Translations under genes and position numbers: made by a program
Shown: positions 1 through 9,949 of the stretch, one piece after another
Layout of the letters: the number at the start of each line of letters is the position of its first letter
Numbering within the stretch: the stretch's first letter is position 1
DNA from: Verrucomicrobiia bacterium
GTDB taxonomy: Bacteria > Acidobacteriota > Terriglobia > Terriglobales > Acidobacteriaceae
Length of the DNA: 64,000 nt
Assembly: GCA_035508215.1 (NCBI GenBank)
Contig: DATJNK010000012.1
Location: 32,007 to 96,006 of the forward strand
Direction: 5' to 3'
The notes under the pieces: model-generated
Told to the model about the DNA's origin: nothing
What the model saw: only the letters and a program-made list of their open reading frames with translations
The model's database searches: none

Positions 1-93
1 ATTCGGTCCCGACGCCACCGTCTTCTTTCAGGGCGCCGAGGGTCCCAAGCAAGCCCACATTACAGAACTTCTTCCGGAGGGATTTCGCCTCAA

Positions 94-1449
94 GTGAGCT
101 CTCCGTCAAGTGCATCGCGAACCTTCCGCGCCATCGATGTCATCCGCCGGAAACGGGACGGCGCCGAGTTGTCCGGTGCCGAAATCGAAGGACTGGTCAA
201 CGCTTACACCAGCGGAGAGATTCCGGACTATCAAGTCTCGGCCTGGCTGATGGCCGTGGTCCTCCGCGGTATGACGCGCGCCGAGACGGCCGCGCTTACC
301 GACGCAATGCTTCACTCGGGCGAAGTGCTTGATCTCTCGTCGTTGATCCCGAGGAAAGTCGACAAGCATTCCACCGGCGGAGTGGGTGACAAGACTTCCC
401 TCGTGCTGGCACCGCTCGCGGCGGCTGCCGGCGTCGTCGTTCCGATGATCAGCGGCCGTGGCCTGGGGCATACGGGAGGAACGCTCGACAAGCTCGAAGC
501 GATTCCTGGGTTCAACGTTAATTTGCCGGTCTCGGAGTTTCGCCGCGTGCTTGGCATCTGCGGCTGCGCCATGATCGGGCAGACGGCGGAGATCGCGCCC
601 GCGGACCGCAAGCTCTATGCGCTCCGCGACGTCACAGGTACGGTCGAGAGCCCGTACTTGATCTGTGCTTCGATCATGAGCAAGAAGCTCGCGGAGGGGA
701 TCGACGCACTCGTGCTCGATGTGAAAACCGGCTCCGGCGCCTTCATGAAGAAGGAAGACGACGCGGCCTTTCTTGCTGAACTCATGGTCGAAACCGGGGA
801 GCGCATGGGCAAGAGGGTGGTTGCGCTGATTACCGACATGGATCAACCGCTTGGCAACATGATCGGCAATGCGCTGGAGGTCGTCGAGGTTGTCGAGATG
901 CTGCGCGGCGGCGGTCCCGGCGATTTGCGTGAGCTCTGTCTTGAACTAGCCGGATGGATGCTGCATCTTGGCGGTGCGTCGAAGTCCGTTGCCGAAGGAC
1001 GAGAGAAGAGCGCGCACTTGATTGCCTCGGGCGCAGCGCTCGAGAGATTCCGGAAAATGATTGAATTGCAGGGCGGAGATCCGCGAGTCATCGAGGACTC
1101 AAAGCGACTGCCCCAGGCGCGGCAAACGGCTGCCATTCGAAGCGCGAGGTCTGGATATGTCGCCGCCATGCAATGCGAACAGATCGGCACGGCCTGCGTC
1201 ATCCTCGGCGGCGGGCGTGAGCGCAAAGAGGATTCGGTCGATGCCGCGGTCGGGATTGTGTTGCACAAAAAAGTGGGCGACCGGGTTGCCACAGGCGAGC
1301 CGCTGGCCACGCTCCACTACAACGACGAAGCTCGGGGCGAACGGGCGCGGAACCTGATCGAAGCTGCCTGCGAGATTGCGGATTCGGCTCCGTCTCTGAA
1401 ACCGCCGCTGATCCATCGAATCATCGGAAAGTTCGCGGAGAACAACTGA
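94..1449 (+). CDS. deoA: thymidine / pyrimidine-nucleoside phosphorylase
   Basis: 451 aa ORF. It has the N-terminal IRRKRDG..LSGAEIEGLV motif plus HSTGGVGDKTSL and SGRGLGHTGGTLDKLE, typical of the thymidine phosphorylase family. GTG start at 94 taken from the ORF track. Confidence 0.9.
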   Translation: MSSPSSASRTFRAIDVIRRKRDGAELSGAEIEGLVNAYTSGEIPDYQVSAWLMAVVLRGMTRAETAALTDAMLHSGEVLDLSSLIPRKVDKHSTGGVGDKTSLVLAPLAAAAGVVVPMISGRGLGHTGGTLDKLEAIPGFNVNLPVSEFRRVLGICGCAMIGQTAEIAPADRKLYALRDVTGTVESPYLICASIMSKKLAEGIDALVLDVKTGSGAFMKKEDDAAFLAELMVETGERMGKRVVALITDMDQPLGNMIGNALEVVEVVEMLRGGGPGDLRELCLELAGWMLHLGGASKSVAEGREKSAHLIASGAALERFRKMIELQGGDPRVIEDSKRLPQARQTAAIRSARSGYVAAMQCEQIGTACVILGGGRERKEDSVDAAVGIVLHKKVGDRVATGEPLATLHYNDEARGERARNLIEAACEIADSAPSLKPPLIHRIIGKFAENN

Positions 1450-1452
1450 CAA

Positions 1453-2682
1453 ATGGGACACTACACAGGAATTCTCGGCCTTCTGACCATGCTGGGCCTG
1501 GCTTACGCGTTTTCGACCAATCGTCGCGCCATTCGTTTGAAGACGGTTTTCTGGGGCCTTTTCCTGCAGATCACCTTTGCCGTCTTTGTGCTGAAGTTCC
1601 CGCTCGGCCGCGACATGTTTCAGAAGATCGGCGATGCGGCCAACAAGATGCTGAGCTATTCGTACGCCGGGTCGGAGTTTGTCTTCGGGGATCTGGGCAA
1701 GCAGACCGCGCATGTCGGGTTTGTTTTTGCCTTCCAGGTGTTGCCGGTCGTGATATTCATCTGCGCGCTGTTTGCCATCCTGTACCACTTTGGCATCATG
1801 CAGTTCATCATTCGCATAGCATCCTGGGCGATGATTCGTTTCATGGGTGCCAGCGGCGCGGAGTCTCTGAACGTCGCCGCCAGCATCTTCATGGGGCAAA
1901 CCGAAGCGCCGGTAACAATTCGTCCGTTTCTGCCGGAGCTGACGCATTCCGAATTGATGACCGTGATGACGAGCGGCATGGCGCACGTCTCGGGCTCAAT
2001 CATGGCCGCCTACTTTGCCTTCGGCGCTGAGCCCCGACACGTGCTGAGCGCTGTCATTATGACCGCACCGGGAACCATTCTCGTTTCGAAGATGCTGGTA
2101 CCGGAGACGGAAGTTCCGAAGACGGCCGGTAAAGTGGTCATGAGCGCGACCGAAGAACAACAAGAGAAGCAGGAGAACCTGCTGGGCGCGATTGCCCGCG
2201 GCACCGGCGACGGCCTGCACATGGCGCTGAACATCGGGGCGATGCTGATCGCGTTTCTGGCCCTGATCGCGCTGCTGGATGGCATTCTCGGCGGGGTTCA
2301 CCGGCACCTCGGATGGTTTCCGTCGAGCCTCGAAGGAATCCTGGGCGTGCTCTTCTCGCCCGTGGCCTGGATCATTGGCATTCCCTGGCATGATTGCCAG
2401 ATCATTGGCAACCTTCTCGGCACGCGAATGGTCCTGAACGAACTCGTCGCATTTTCCATGCTGGGGCCGCAAAGAGCTGTGCTGGCCCCGCGTTCATTCA
2501 CGATTGCGACTTTCGCGTTGTGTGGATTCGCGAATCTCAGTTCGATCGGGATACAGATCGGCGGCATCGGCGCTTTGGCTCCGAACAAGAAGGCGGAACT
2601 GGCGCGGCTCGGGATTCGCGCCATGCTCGCCGGCACGATGGCCAACCTGATGTCGGCTTCGATCGCCGGCATGTTGTTGTAA
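1453..2682 (+). CDS. nupC: NupC/CNT-family concentrative nucleoside transporter
   Basis: 409 aa polytopic membrane protein starting 4 nt after the deoA stop. N-terminal GILGLL...NRRAI..K.V.WGL.LQ and C-terminal FALCGFANLSSIGIQIGG are hallmark NupC motifs. Confidence 0.85.
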   Translation: MGHYTGILGLLTMLGLAYAFSTNRRAIRLKTVFWGLFLQITFAVFVLKFPLGRDMFQKIGDAANKMLSYSYAGSEFVFGDLGKQTAHVGFVFAFQVLPVVIFICALFAILYHFGIMQFIIRIASWAMIRFMGASGAESLNVAASIFMGQTEAPVTIRPFLPELTHSELMTVMTSGMAHVSGSIMAAYFAFGAEPRHVLSAVIMTAPGTILVSKMLVPETEVPKTAGKVVMSATEEQQEKQENLLGAIARGTGDGLHMALNIGAMLIAFLALIALLDGILGGVHRHLGWFPSSLEGILGVLFSPVAWIIGIPWHDCQIIGNLLGTRMVLNELVAFSMLGPQRAVLAPRSFTIATFALCGFANLSSIGIQIGGIGALAPNKKAELARLGIRAMLAGTMANLMSASIAGMLL

Positions 2683-2814
2683 TCTACAAATCGCCCTCTG
2701 ATTCTGAGAGGCGGAAGCGGTCGCATCCTCCCTGGGAAAAGAAGCCCGCAGAAGGCTCGCGATCGGGCGGATGACCGACCAGAACAACGCTGTTCCATTA
2801 CCTACTGTTTCTAC

Positions 2815-3861
2815 TTGAGGACCACACCTGTGAAACGACTCATCATTCTGATCGCGATTCTTGCTTCGCTGGTCTGTGCCGCCCACGCTCAAACCCGCGT
2901 GATCATCGATACCGATCCCGGCATCGACGACGCCATGGCGTTGTTGCTCGCCATCAACTCACCCGAACTGAAAGTCGAGGCCATCACCGTCGTTCCGGGA
3001 AATGTCGAAGGCTGGCAAGGTCTCGAGAATGCCCTGAAGATCGCGTCGCTGGCGGGACGTTGCGACATACCGGTGGCCGCCGGCGCGCAACACCCCCTCA
3101 ATCAGAAACTGATCACCGCGCAATACTGGCATGGCAAGAATGGCCTCGCCGGCGTCGAGTTGCCTGTATCGAAATGCAAGGCCGACGCCCGCTTTGGCCC
3201 GGATCTCATCATCGAAACCGTGCATAAGTACCCACATGAGGTGACCCTGATTCCAATTGGGCCGTTGACGAATATTGCGCTCGCGGTGTCCAAGGATCCA
3301 TCGATCGTGCCCCTGGTGAAGGACGTCGTCATCATGGGCGGGTCAATCTCGGGCGGCAACGTCGATGGCGCTGCGGAGGCCAATATTTATGGCGACCCCG
3401 AAGCGGCGTCGATTGTATTCAATGCCGGATGGATGGTAACGATGATCGGCTCCGATGTTGGCGAGCGCACCCTGATTACACGCAATTATCTGACTGATCT
3501 GCAGGCGCAGCACGGGCCGGAGAGCGATTTCATTGAAAAGCTCGCGGATTTCTATTTGACCCGCTCCGAAAAGAGCGGATACCAGGGAGCCGCGATGTAC
3601 GATCCGCTGGCGGTTGCGACCGTGATCGACCCTACGCTCGTGACGCTGAAAGATATGCACGTCGACGTGGAGACGAAAGGCGAGTTTACGCGGGGCGAGA
3701 CCGTCGCCAATCGCATGGGATCGGACGAAAACAATGTGTTGCATGGCGATCACTATGAGATCGAGGGAGTGATTCCACTGACGCCGAACGCGCGCGTGTG
3801 CCTGGCCTCAGACGCGGCACGATTCCTGAAACTCTTTATTGGCCGCATTAAAGGAAAATAG
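2815..3861 (+). CDS. inosine-uridine-preferring nucleoside hydrolase family protein, signal-peptide-bearing (periplasmic/secreted)
   Basis: Canonical IUNH aspartate cluster IIDTDPGIDDAMALLLA follows a hydrophobic leader ending LVCAAHAQ. The start could be TTG 2815 or GTG 2830. Confidence 0.85.
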   Translation: MRTTPVKRLIILIAILASLVCAAHAQTRVIIDTDPGIDDAMALLLAINSPELKVEAITVVPGNVEGWQGLENALKIASLAGRCDIPVAAGAQHPLNQKLITAQYWHGKNGLAGVELPVSKCKADARFGPDLIIETVHKYPHEVTLIPIGPLTNIALAVSKDPSIVPLVKDVVIMGGSISGGNVDGAAEANIYGDPEAASIVFNAGWMVTMIGSDVGERTLITRNYLTDLQAQHGPESDFIEKLADFYLTRSEKSGYQGAAMYDPLAVATVIDPTLVTLKDMHVDVETKGEFTRGETVANRMGSDENNVLHGDHYEIEGVIPLTPNARVCLASDAARFLKLFIGRIKGK

Positions 3862-3874
3862 GTCGACCTGGGTT

Positions 3875-4852
3875 TTATTGGCTGGCGTGAGCGACCAGCA
3901 AAATCGCTAGGCCGTAGAACACGAACATTAAGGTCAAATAGGTCTTTGCCCGCGAACCGGAACCGGCGAACTCCTTCCATGCCAGCAATCCCCACAGCGC
4001 GGCCACCATCGGCGCCGACTGGCCAATCGCGTAGGAGATCGCGTAACTGGTGCTCTTTCCCGCGACGACGTTGAAGACCGTCCCCACCCCCCAAACCGCT
4101 CCGCCAAACAGGCCCAAGAGATGCCCCGAGGGCGGCCCGCCAAAAAATCCACTGAGACGGACCGGTTCGCCAACCAGCGGCTTCTTCATGAAGTAGAGAT
4201 TCCAGATAAAGCACGACAGCAGCGCACCCAGCGTGAGGAACACGACGGAGCTGTACGGAGTCAACGGATTTCCCCGGGTTGCGCCATAGGCGACAAAAGG
4301 ATTCCACAACCCCATCAATACTCCGGAGATGACGCAGATGACGATGCTTCTTCGGGAAATGGAGCGTCCGGCGCTGACCAGGCTTCCATACGCTTTACCG
4401 TCAAGGACGACCGCGATCACGGCGCAGATCACCCCGATCGCGAGGAAAAGGGCGTTTCCCTTGGGTTGCAGCGCGTAGCTCAGCACGACTCCGACAACGA
4501 GAGCAATTCCGATGGAGACGGGAAAGGCGACGGCCAGGCCGGCCATGTCAATTGCGGCAACAAGCAACAGATTGGCGAGATTGAAGATCGCGCCGCCAAC
4601 CATAGTCGACACGATGTTTGAGGTGTCGGACGACCGCACGTTATTCAGAAAGCTGGAGGCGTCGTGTCCACTGCTTCCCATCGTAAGAGCCAGCAAAAGA
4701 GAAATCAGGAAAATGCCGATGGCGTAGTCCCAGTAAAAAAGCTCGAAACGATAATTCTTGACGCCCTTGTAGGTATTGGCCCACGATCCCCAGCAGATCG
4801 CGCTGGTGATCATCATCAGCAAGGCTACGGTCAGGTTCGGCGGTGTGAACAT
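3875..4852 (-). CDS. DMT-superfamily transporter (GRP glucose/ribose-porter or ureide-permease-like)
   Basis: About 10 hydrophobic segments. The motifs ICWGSWANTYKG and GAVWGVGTVFN...YAIGQSAPMVAALWG resemble GlcU/RbsU and ureide-permease-type DMT carriers. I moved the start to ATG 4852 (MFTPPNL), because the 4927 start leaves only 26 bp to the divergent gene. Confidence 0.6.
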   Translation of the reverse strand: MFTPPNLTVALLMMITSAICWGSWANTYKGVKNYRFELFYWDYAIGIFLISLLLALTMGSSGHDASSFLNNVRSSDTSNIVSTMVGGAIFNLANLLLVAAIDMAGLAVAFPVSIGIALVVGVVLSYALQPKGNALFLAIGVICAVIAVVLDGKAYGSLVSAGRSISRRSIVICVISGVLMGLWNPFVAYGATRGNPLTPYSSVVFLTLGALLSCFIWNLYFMKKPLVGEPVRLSGFFGGPPSGHLLGLFGGAVWGVGTVFNVVAGKSTSYAISYAIGQSAPMVAALWGLLAWKEFAGSGSRAKTYLTLMFVFYGLAILLVAHASQ

Positions 4853-4953
4853 TCGGTCTCTCCCCAGAAAACGTGTAACTCTACTCTTCTTTCCGGAAGG
4901 GAACAAGGTGCTATCGAGCAGGCGCAAGCGCTTTCTCTGCTATCCTTACGCGC

Positions 4954-5916
4954 GTGTCACGCACATTCCTGATCGATACGGATACGGCTTCGGATGACGC
5001 AGTCGCGTTGATCATGGCCCTGCGCTGCCCCGATGTTCGGGTGGCCGCGATTACGGTAGTGGCCGGGAACGTCGATGTCCATCAGGCCACACGAAATGCG
5101 CTTTACACCGCCGAGCTTTGCGGGTCCGATGTTCGCGTGTTCTCCGGCGCGGATCGCCCGCTGTTGCGCTCTTATGAAAACGCGACCTGGTTTCACGGGC
5201 GCGACGGGCTTGGGGACCATAACTATCCGGCGCCCAGACGACGTCCAGAGAAATTGAATGCCGTGGATGCCATCATCGAAACAGTCGACGCTAACCGTGG
5301 GCTGGTGCTGGTTACGCTGGGTCCGCTGACGAACGTTGCCCTGGCAGTGTCGAAGGATCCTTCCATTACAGCCAAAGTCGGCCGCTGCGTTGTGATGGGA
5401 GGCAACCCGTGCTGTGAAGGGAACGTGACGCCCGCGGCCGAATACAACATTTGGGTCGACCCAGACGCGGCGCGAATTGTCATGCACAGCGGTTTGCCGA
5501 TCGAGTTGGTCGGCTGGCATCTATGCCGGGGAGACGCGGTTCTCAGCCCGAGTGACATCAGTTTTGTCGAAGATGTTCGCACTCCGCTTGCGCACTTCGC
5601 GATCGAGTGCAACAGCCACGCCCGGGCGGCATACAGGATTCAGACGGGGGAAGATGGAATCTGCCTGCCGGATCCGGTAGCGATGAGTCTTGCGCTCGAC
5701 CCATCGGTGGGCGTCAACTGGAGCGATCACTACGTGGAAGTAGAGACGCAGAGCGAATTAGCGCGCGGCATGACGGTTGTCGATCGCCTGAATGTCGCCG
5801 CGGACGAGAGGAACCGCGCTGTGTGGGCCCCCGCTCTGCAGGCGCGGAAAGCAAACGTCTGCTGGAACATCGACACGACCAGGTGGAAAAGCGCGCTTTA
5901 TAAGGCCCTTCAGTAG
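4954..5916 (+). CDS. nucleoside hydrolase (IUNH family), cytoplasmic
   Basis: N-terminal FLIDTDTASDDAVALIMAL aspartate motif directly after the start, with no signal peptide. 320 aa, typical Rih/IunH length. Confidence 0.85.
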   Translation: MSRTFLIDTDTASDDAVALIMALRCPDVRVAAITVVAGNVDVHQATRNALYTAELCGSDVRVFSGADRPLLRSYENATWFHGRDGLGDHNYPAPRRRPEKLNAVDAIIETVDANRGLVLVTLGPLTNVALAVSKDPSITAKVGRCVVMGGNPCCEGNVTPAAEYNIWVDPDAARIVMHSGLPIELVGWHLCRGDAVLSPSDISFVEDVRTPLAHFAIECNSHARAAYRIQTGEDGICLPDPVAMSLALDPSVGVNWSDHYVEVETQSELARGMTVVDRLNVAADERNRAVWAPALQARKANVCWNIDTTRWKSALYKALQ

Positions 5917-5930
5917 GATCTCGCTATCCT

Positions 5931-7328
5931 TTATCCTTTCGGCTGGGCATAAGTCGAACGCTTCAGGAACTCCCCCTGGCCCGCCCTGCCGAAAAACTTG
6001 CCGCCTTCGACGACGACCCTGCCGCGCGAAAGCACGACCTCGGGCATCCCCGTGACTTCAATGCCTTCGAACATCGAATAATCGACCCGCATATGATGAG
6101 TCTTGGCGCTGATCGTGTGCCGCTGCTTCGGATTGAAGATCACCAGGTCCGCATCACTGCCAACCGCAATCGTCCCCTTGCGCGGATAAAGGCCGAACAA
6201 TTTGGCGGGTGTGGTTGACACAAGTTCGACGAATCGATTCGCGTTGAACCGGCCTCCGGCCACACCTCCCGAATAGATCAGACTCATCCGATGCTCGACG
6301 CCGGGGCCGCCGTTCGGAATTTTGGTGAAGTCGTCGCGTCCAAGTTCCTTCTGCTCTTTGAAACAGAAGGGACAATGATCAGTGGAGACCACCTGCAGGT
6401 GGTCGCGTTTCAGGCCATTCCAAAGTTTTTCCTGGTGCCACTTTTCCCGCAGCGGCGGCGTGAAGACATACTTCGCTCCCTCGAAGCCGGGGGCGTCGAA
6501 GTTCTCCAGGGAAAGATAAAGATACTGAGGGCACGTCTCGGCGTAGACGGGAAGTCCGCGATCGCGGGCTTCGCGCACCTTTTCGAGAGCGTCGTTGCAG
6601 CTCAAATGCACGATATAAATCGGCGCTCCCGCCATCTCCGCCAGGGCGATTGCTCGCGCCGTCGCCTCGGCTTCGGCGGTGGTTGGACGGGTGAGCGCGT
6701 GGTATTTTGGCGCTTTCTTTCCTTCGGCGAGGGCTTGCTGCACGATCACGTCGATCGCCGAGCCATTCTCGGCGTGCATGCAAACCAAGCCTCCATTCCT
6801 GGAGGTCGTTTGCAGCGCTTTGAAGATGCTGCCGTCGTCAAGCATGAACACTCCGGGGTAGGCCATGAAGAGTTTGAAACTGGTCACGCCTTCGTGGACC
6901 AAGTCATTCATCTCGGCGAGTTGCCCTCCGGAGATGTCCGTCACGATGCAGTGGAAAGCGTAGTCGCAGACTGCCTTCGACGCAGCTTTAGTCATCCAAG
7001 TGTCGAAGGCTTGCCGCAGAGCCTGGCCTTTGTACTGGATGGCGAAGTCGATCAGGGTCGTAGTTCCACCGAAGGCGGCCGCACGCGTACCGGTCTCAAA
7101 ATCGTCGGCGCTGGTTGTGCCGCCGAATGGCATGTCGAGGTGAGTATGAACGTCGATGCCTCCCGGGAGAACCAGTTTGTCCGAGGCGTCGAGAAGGTTG
7201 CCGGTGTTCTGCGCGGGAAGATCGCGTCCGATGGCGACAACCTTGCCGTTTGTGATCGCAACGTCGGCTGTGTATGTGTCGGTTGCTGTCACTAGCGAAC
7301 CGTTTCTGATGATGGTGTCAAAGGTCAT
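5931..7328 (-). CDS. hydA: dihydropyrimidinase / D-hydantoinase
   Basis: 465 aa cyclic amidohydrolase. It has GGIDVHTHLDMPFGGT (HxH metal site), the GTRAAAFGGTTT..DFA motif and a downstream VSTDHCPF motif, typical of dihydropyrimidinases. Confidence 0.88.
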   Translation of the reverse strand: MTFDTIIRNGSLVTATDTYTADVAITNGKVVAIGRDLPAQNTGNLLDASDKLVLPGGIDVHTHLDMPFGGTTSADDFETGTRAAAFGGTTTLIDFAIQYKGQALRQAFDTWMTKAASKAVCDYAFHCIVTDISGGQLAEMNDLVHEGVTSFKLFMAYPGVFMLDDGSIFKALQTTSRNGGLVCMHAENGSAIDVIVQQALAEGKKAPKYHALTRPTTAEAEATARAIALAEMAGAPIYIVHLSCNDALEKVREARDRGLPVYAETCPQYLYLSLENFDAPGFEGAKYVFTPPLREKWHQEKLWNGLKRDHLQVVSTDHCPFCFKEQKELGRDDFTKIPNGGPGVEHRMSLIYSGGVAGGRFNANRFVELVSTTPAKLFGLYPRKGTIAVGSDADLVIFNPKQRHTISAKTHHMRVDYSMFEGIEVTGMPEVVLSRGRVVVEGGKFFGRAGQGEFLKRSTYAQPKG

Positions 7329-7450
7329 GATGCCCTCGGCTGTAGACCTGGCAACGCCAGTCGGGATTGGAGAAAGAATTCTATGCTAAACTGCCGCCCT
7401 TTAGTTCTTCTCTGCCGGTTCCGGCATCTTTCACGGGAAGGGGACCCGCC

Positions 7451-8455
7451 ATGCAATTCGGTATTACTTTGAAGCCTGATATTTCTGTCGAGCGCATCGT
7501 CGGATTAACTCGGCAGGCCGAGTCTGCTGGATTCACCTATGGCTGGGTCTTTGATTCGCATGTTCTTTGGATGGAGCCGTATCCGCTCCTGACCCTGATG
7601 GCCGCCAACACCAAGGCCATGCGTCTGGGCACGTGTGTGACGAATCCCGCGACGCGTGATTTGAGTGTGACGGCAAGCCTGTTTGCCACGCTGAATCTGA
7701 TCTCCGGCGACCGAATGGAACTCGGCATCGGACGAGGTGATAGCTCGCGCCGCGTGCTCGGCAAGAAGCCTGTGAGCTGGTCGCAACTGGAAACCGCGGT
7801 GCAGGAGTTTCGTGCGCTCACTTCAGGCGCAGAAGTCCATCATGACGGGCAAACGACCAGGCTGAGTTGGGCAAAGAATTCTCCGCGAGTCTGGATCGCC
7901 GGTTATGGGCCCAAAGTGTTGCACATGGCGGGGCGTGTCGCAGACGGCATCATTCTGCAGTTCGCGGACCCGGCGCTCATTGAGTGGTGCCTGAGTTTCG
8001 TCCAGGAAGGCGCTCGAGCCGCAGGACGCGATCCGAAGCGGATTGAAGTGATGTCGGCCGCGCCGGTCTGGGTGTCAGATGATCTGCAGGTTGCTCGCGA
8101 ACGCGTCCGCTGGTTTCCGGCCCTGGTGTCGAACCACGTAGTGGACCTGATCCGGCAGTACAAGCCGGAAGATCTTCCTCCCGCGCTTACGTCTTATGTT
8201 CAGGATCGTGGCCACTACGATTATCAGCACCACTGCGAGGTGGGGAGCGATAATTCGGAATTCGTCTCCGATGAGGTTATCGACCGTTTCTGCCTGATTG
8301 GACCGGCGGAAGCGCACCAAAAGAAACTGCGCCAGTTGCGCGACGTCGGAGTCACGCAATTCAACATCTATCTGATGTGCGGCGACGAGGAGCAGACCCT
8401 CGACATCTACCAGCAAAGAGTCCTCCCCGCCATTTTGCAATCAAAGAAGTCGTAA
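7451..8455 (+). CDS. luciferase-like (LLM) flavin/F420-dependent oxidoreductase, Mer-like subgroup
   Basis: MQFGITLKP...GWVFDSHVLW...LGTCVTNPATRD...GIGRGDSSRRVLG resembles methylene-H4MPT-reductase-like F420-dependent LLM proteins. I chose the start at ATG 7451, which has a GGAAGGGG Shine-Dalgarno-like element upstream, over the 7367 ORF start. Confidence 0.75.
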   Translation: MQFGITLKPDISVERIVGLTRQAESAGFTYGWVFDSHVLWMEPYPLLTLMAANTKAMRLGTCVTNPATRDLSVTASLFATLNLISGDRMELGIGRGDSSRRVLGKKPVSWSQLETAVQEFRALTSGAEVHHDGQTTRLSWAKNSPRVWIAGYGPKVLHMAGRVADGIILQFADPALIEWCLSFVQEGARAAGRDPKRIEVMSAAPVWVSDDLQVARERVRWFPALVSNHVVDLIRQYKPEDLPPALTSYVQDRGHYDYQHHCEVGSDNSEFVSDEVIDRFCLIGPAEAHQKKLRQLRDVGVTQFNIYLMCGDEEQTLDIYQQRVLPAILQSKKS

Positions 8456-8462
8456 GCGCGAT

Positions 8463-9902
8463 CTAGGCTGCCGCAGGTGGAGTGAAAGCGTCCCTTCGAC
8501 CGGAAGCCATCATTACGTAATACGCGACGAACGAAACCGCGAATCCCACGAACCACGAATAATCGTAGAGCGGGCGCACCGAAGGCACCGCCAGTCCGGC
8601 CAGCGCTGCGCCGGCGCCCAGCCCAAGCGCAAGGATCGCGCGCCAGTTGAATCCCCGTGAGTATTCGTAGGCGCCATTTCGAAGATACAGATCGTCGACC
8701 ACCAACACCCGCCGTCGAATGAGGAAGTAATCGCAGATCATGATTCCTGCCACCGGCCCGAGAAACGCCGCGTAGCCGCCCAGCCAGCCGAGGATGAATG
8801 TTCTGTAGTTCGCCAGCAGTTTCCACGGCATGAGCGCAATTCCCATGAAGCAGGTGAGGATTCCGCCCGCGCGAAAGCTGATGCGACGAGGCCAAAGATT
8901 CGAGAAGTCATTTGCCGGAGAGACGACATTGGCTCCGATGTTGACATTCAGCGTGGCCAGCAAGATGGCGATCAGCGAAACTACGACTGCTGCCGGCGAG
9001 TGAAAGCGGCTCAGCAATTGCACCGGATCCCATATCGCCTGGCCATAGATCACAACGGTGGCTGAAGTGACCAGGATTCCAACCAATGCATAAAGCGTCA
9101 TGGTGGTCGGAAGGGCCAGCGCCTGCCCAATCACTTGCTCCTTCTGGTTCCGGGCGAAGCGCGTGAAGTCTGGAATATTCAAGGAAACGGTGGCCCAGAA
9201 TCCGACAGTGCCATTCAGCGCCGGGATGAGGAATTTCAGGAAATCAGAGAAGCTCTTGAAGCGCGAGGGCGCAGAGAGCATCGGGCCAAAACCACCCGCA
9301 GCGTGATACGCCCAACCGAGCAGAAGCAATCCGACGCCCAGCAGAACCGGTGCGCTGATTCCTTGCAGGATCCGAATGTACTCAATTCCCTTCACGACCA
9401 CCGCCAGGTTGATCAGCCAGAAAATCAGGAAGCAGATTGCCGGGCCGTAGGAAACATCTTTCCAGCCGGGGACGAGCGTCGCGAGAAGTGTGCTGATTGC
9501 TTCACCACCAATCCAGGCTTGAATCCCGAACCAGCCGCAGGCAACCAGGGCGCGAAGCACGGCAGCGACATTCGCTCCCAGCACGCCAAACGATGCGCGC
9601 GCCAGAACCGGGAACGGAACCCCGTATTTGGCGCCGGGATGCGAGTTCAGGAGCATGGGAACCAGCACGATGACGTTGCCGAGAAAAATCGTCGTGACCG
9701 CCTGACGCCAGTTCATCCCACCCTGAATCAGACTCGCCGCCAGCATGTAGGTGAGGATATTCACCGACATGGAAATCCACAAAGCCGCGAAGTTGTACGT
9801 TCCCCAGTGACGTTGCGCGGGGGTTGCCGGCGCCAGGTCGTGGTTATAGAGCGGGCTTGCCTGGATCTTTGCCGCGAGTGCGATGGGGTTTGATTCGCGC
9901 AT
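8463..9902 (-). CDS. NCS1-family nucleobase:cation symporter (cytosine/uracil/allantoin/hydantoin permease type)
   Basis: 479 aa with about 12 TM segments. N-terminal NHDLAP....R.WG.YNFAALWISMSVNI is the typical NCS1 signature. Confidence 0.85.
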   Translation of the reverse strand: MRESNPIALAAKIQASPLYNHDLAPATPAQRHWGTYNFAALWISMSVNILTYMLAASLIQGGMNWRQAVTTIFLGNVIVLVPMLLNSHPGAKYGVPFPVLARASFGVLGANVAAVLRALVACGWFGIQAWIGGEAISTLLATLVPGWKDVSYGPAICFLIFWLINLAVVVKGIEYIRILQGISAPVLLGVGLLLLGWAYHAAGGFGPMLSAPSRFKSFSDFLKFLIPALNGTVGFWATVSLNIPDFTRFARNQKEQVIGQALALPTTMTLYALVGILVTSATVVIYGQAIWDPVQLLSRFHSPAAVVVSLIAILLATLNVNIGANVVSPANDFSNLWPRRISFRAGGILTCFMGIALMPWKLLANYRTFILGWLGGYAAFLGPVAGIMICDYFLIRRRVLVVDDLYLRNGAYEYSRGFNWRAILALGLGAGAALAGLAVPSVRPLYDYSWFVGFAVSFVAYYVMMASGRRDAFTPPAAA

Positions 9903-9949
9903 GCTTCCTGGTGAGTGGGACGATTTGCCGGATTCCGAACGTCAGGTCT

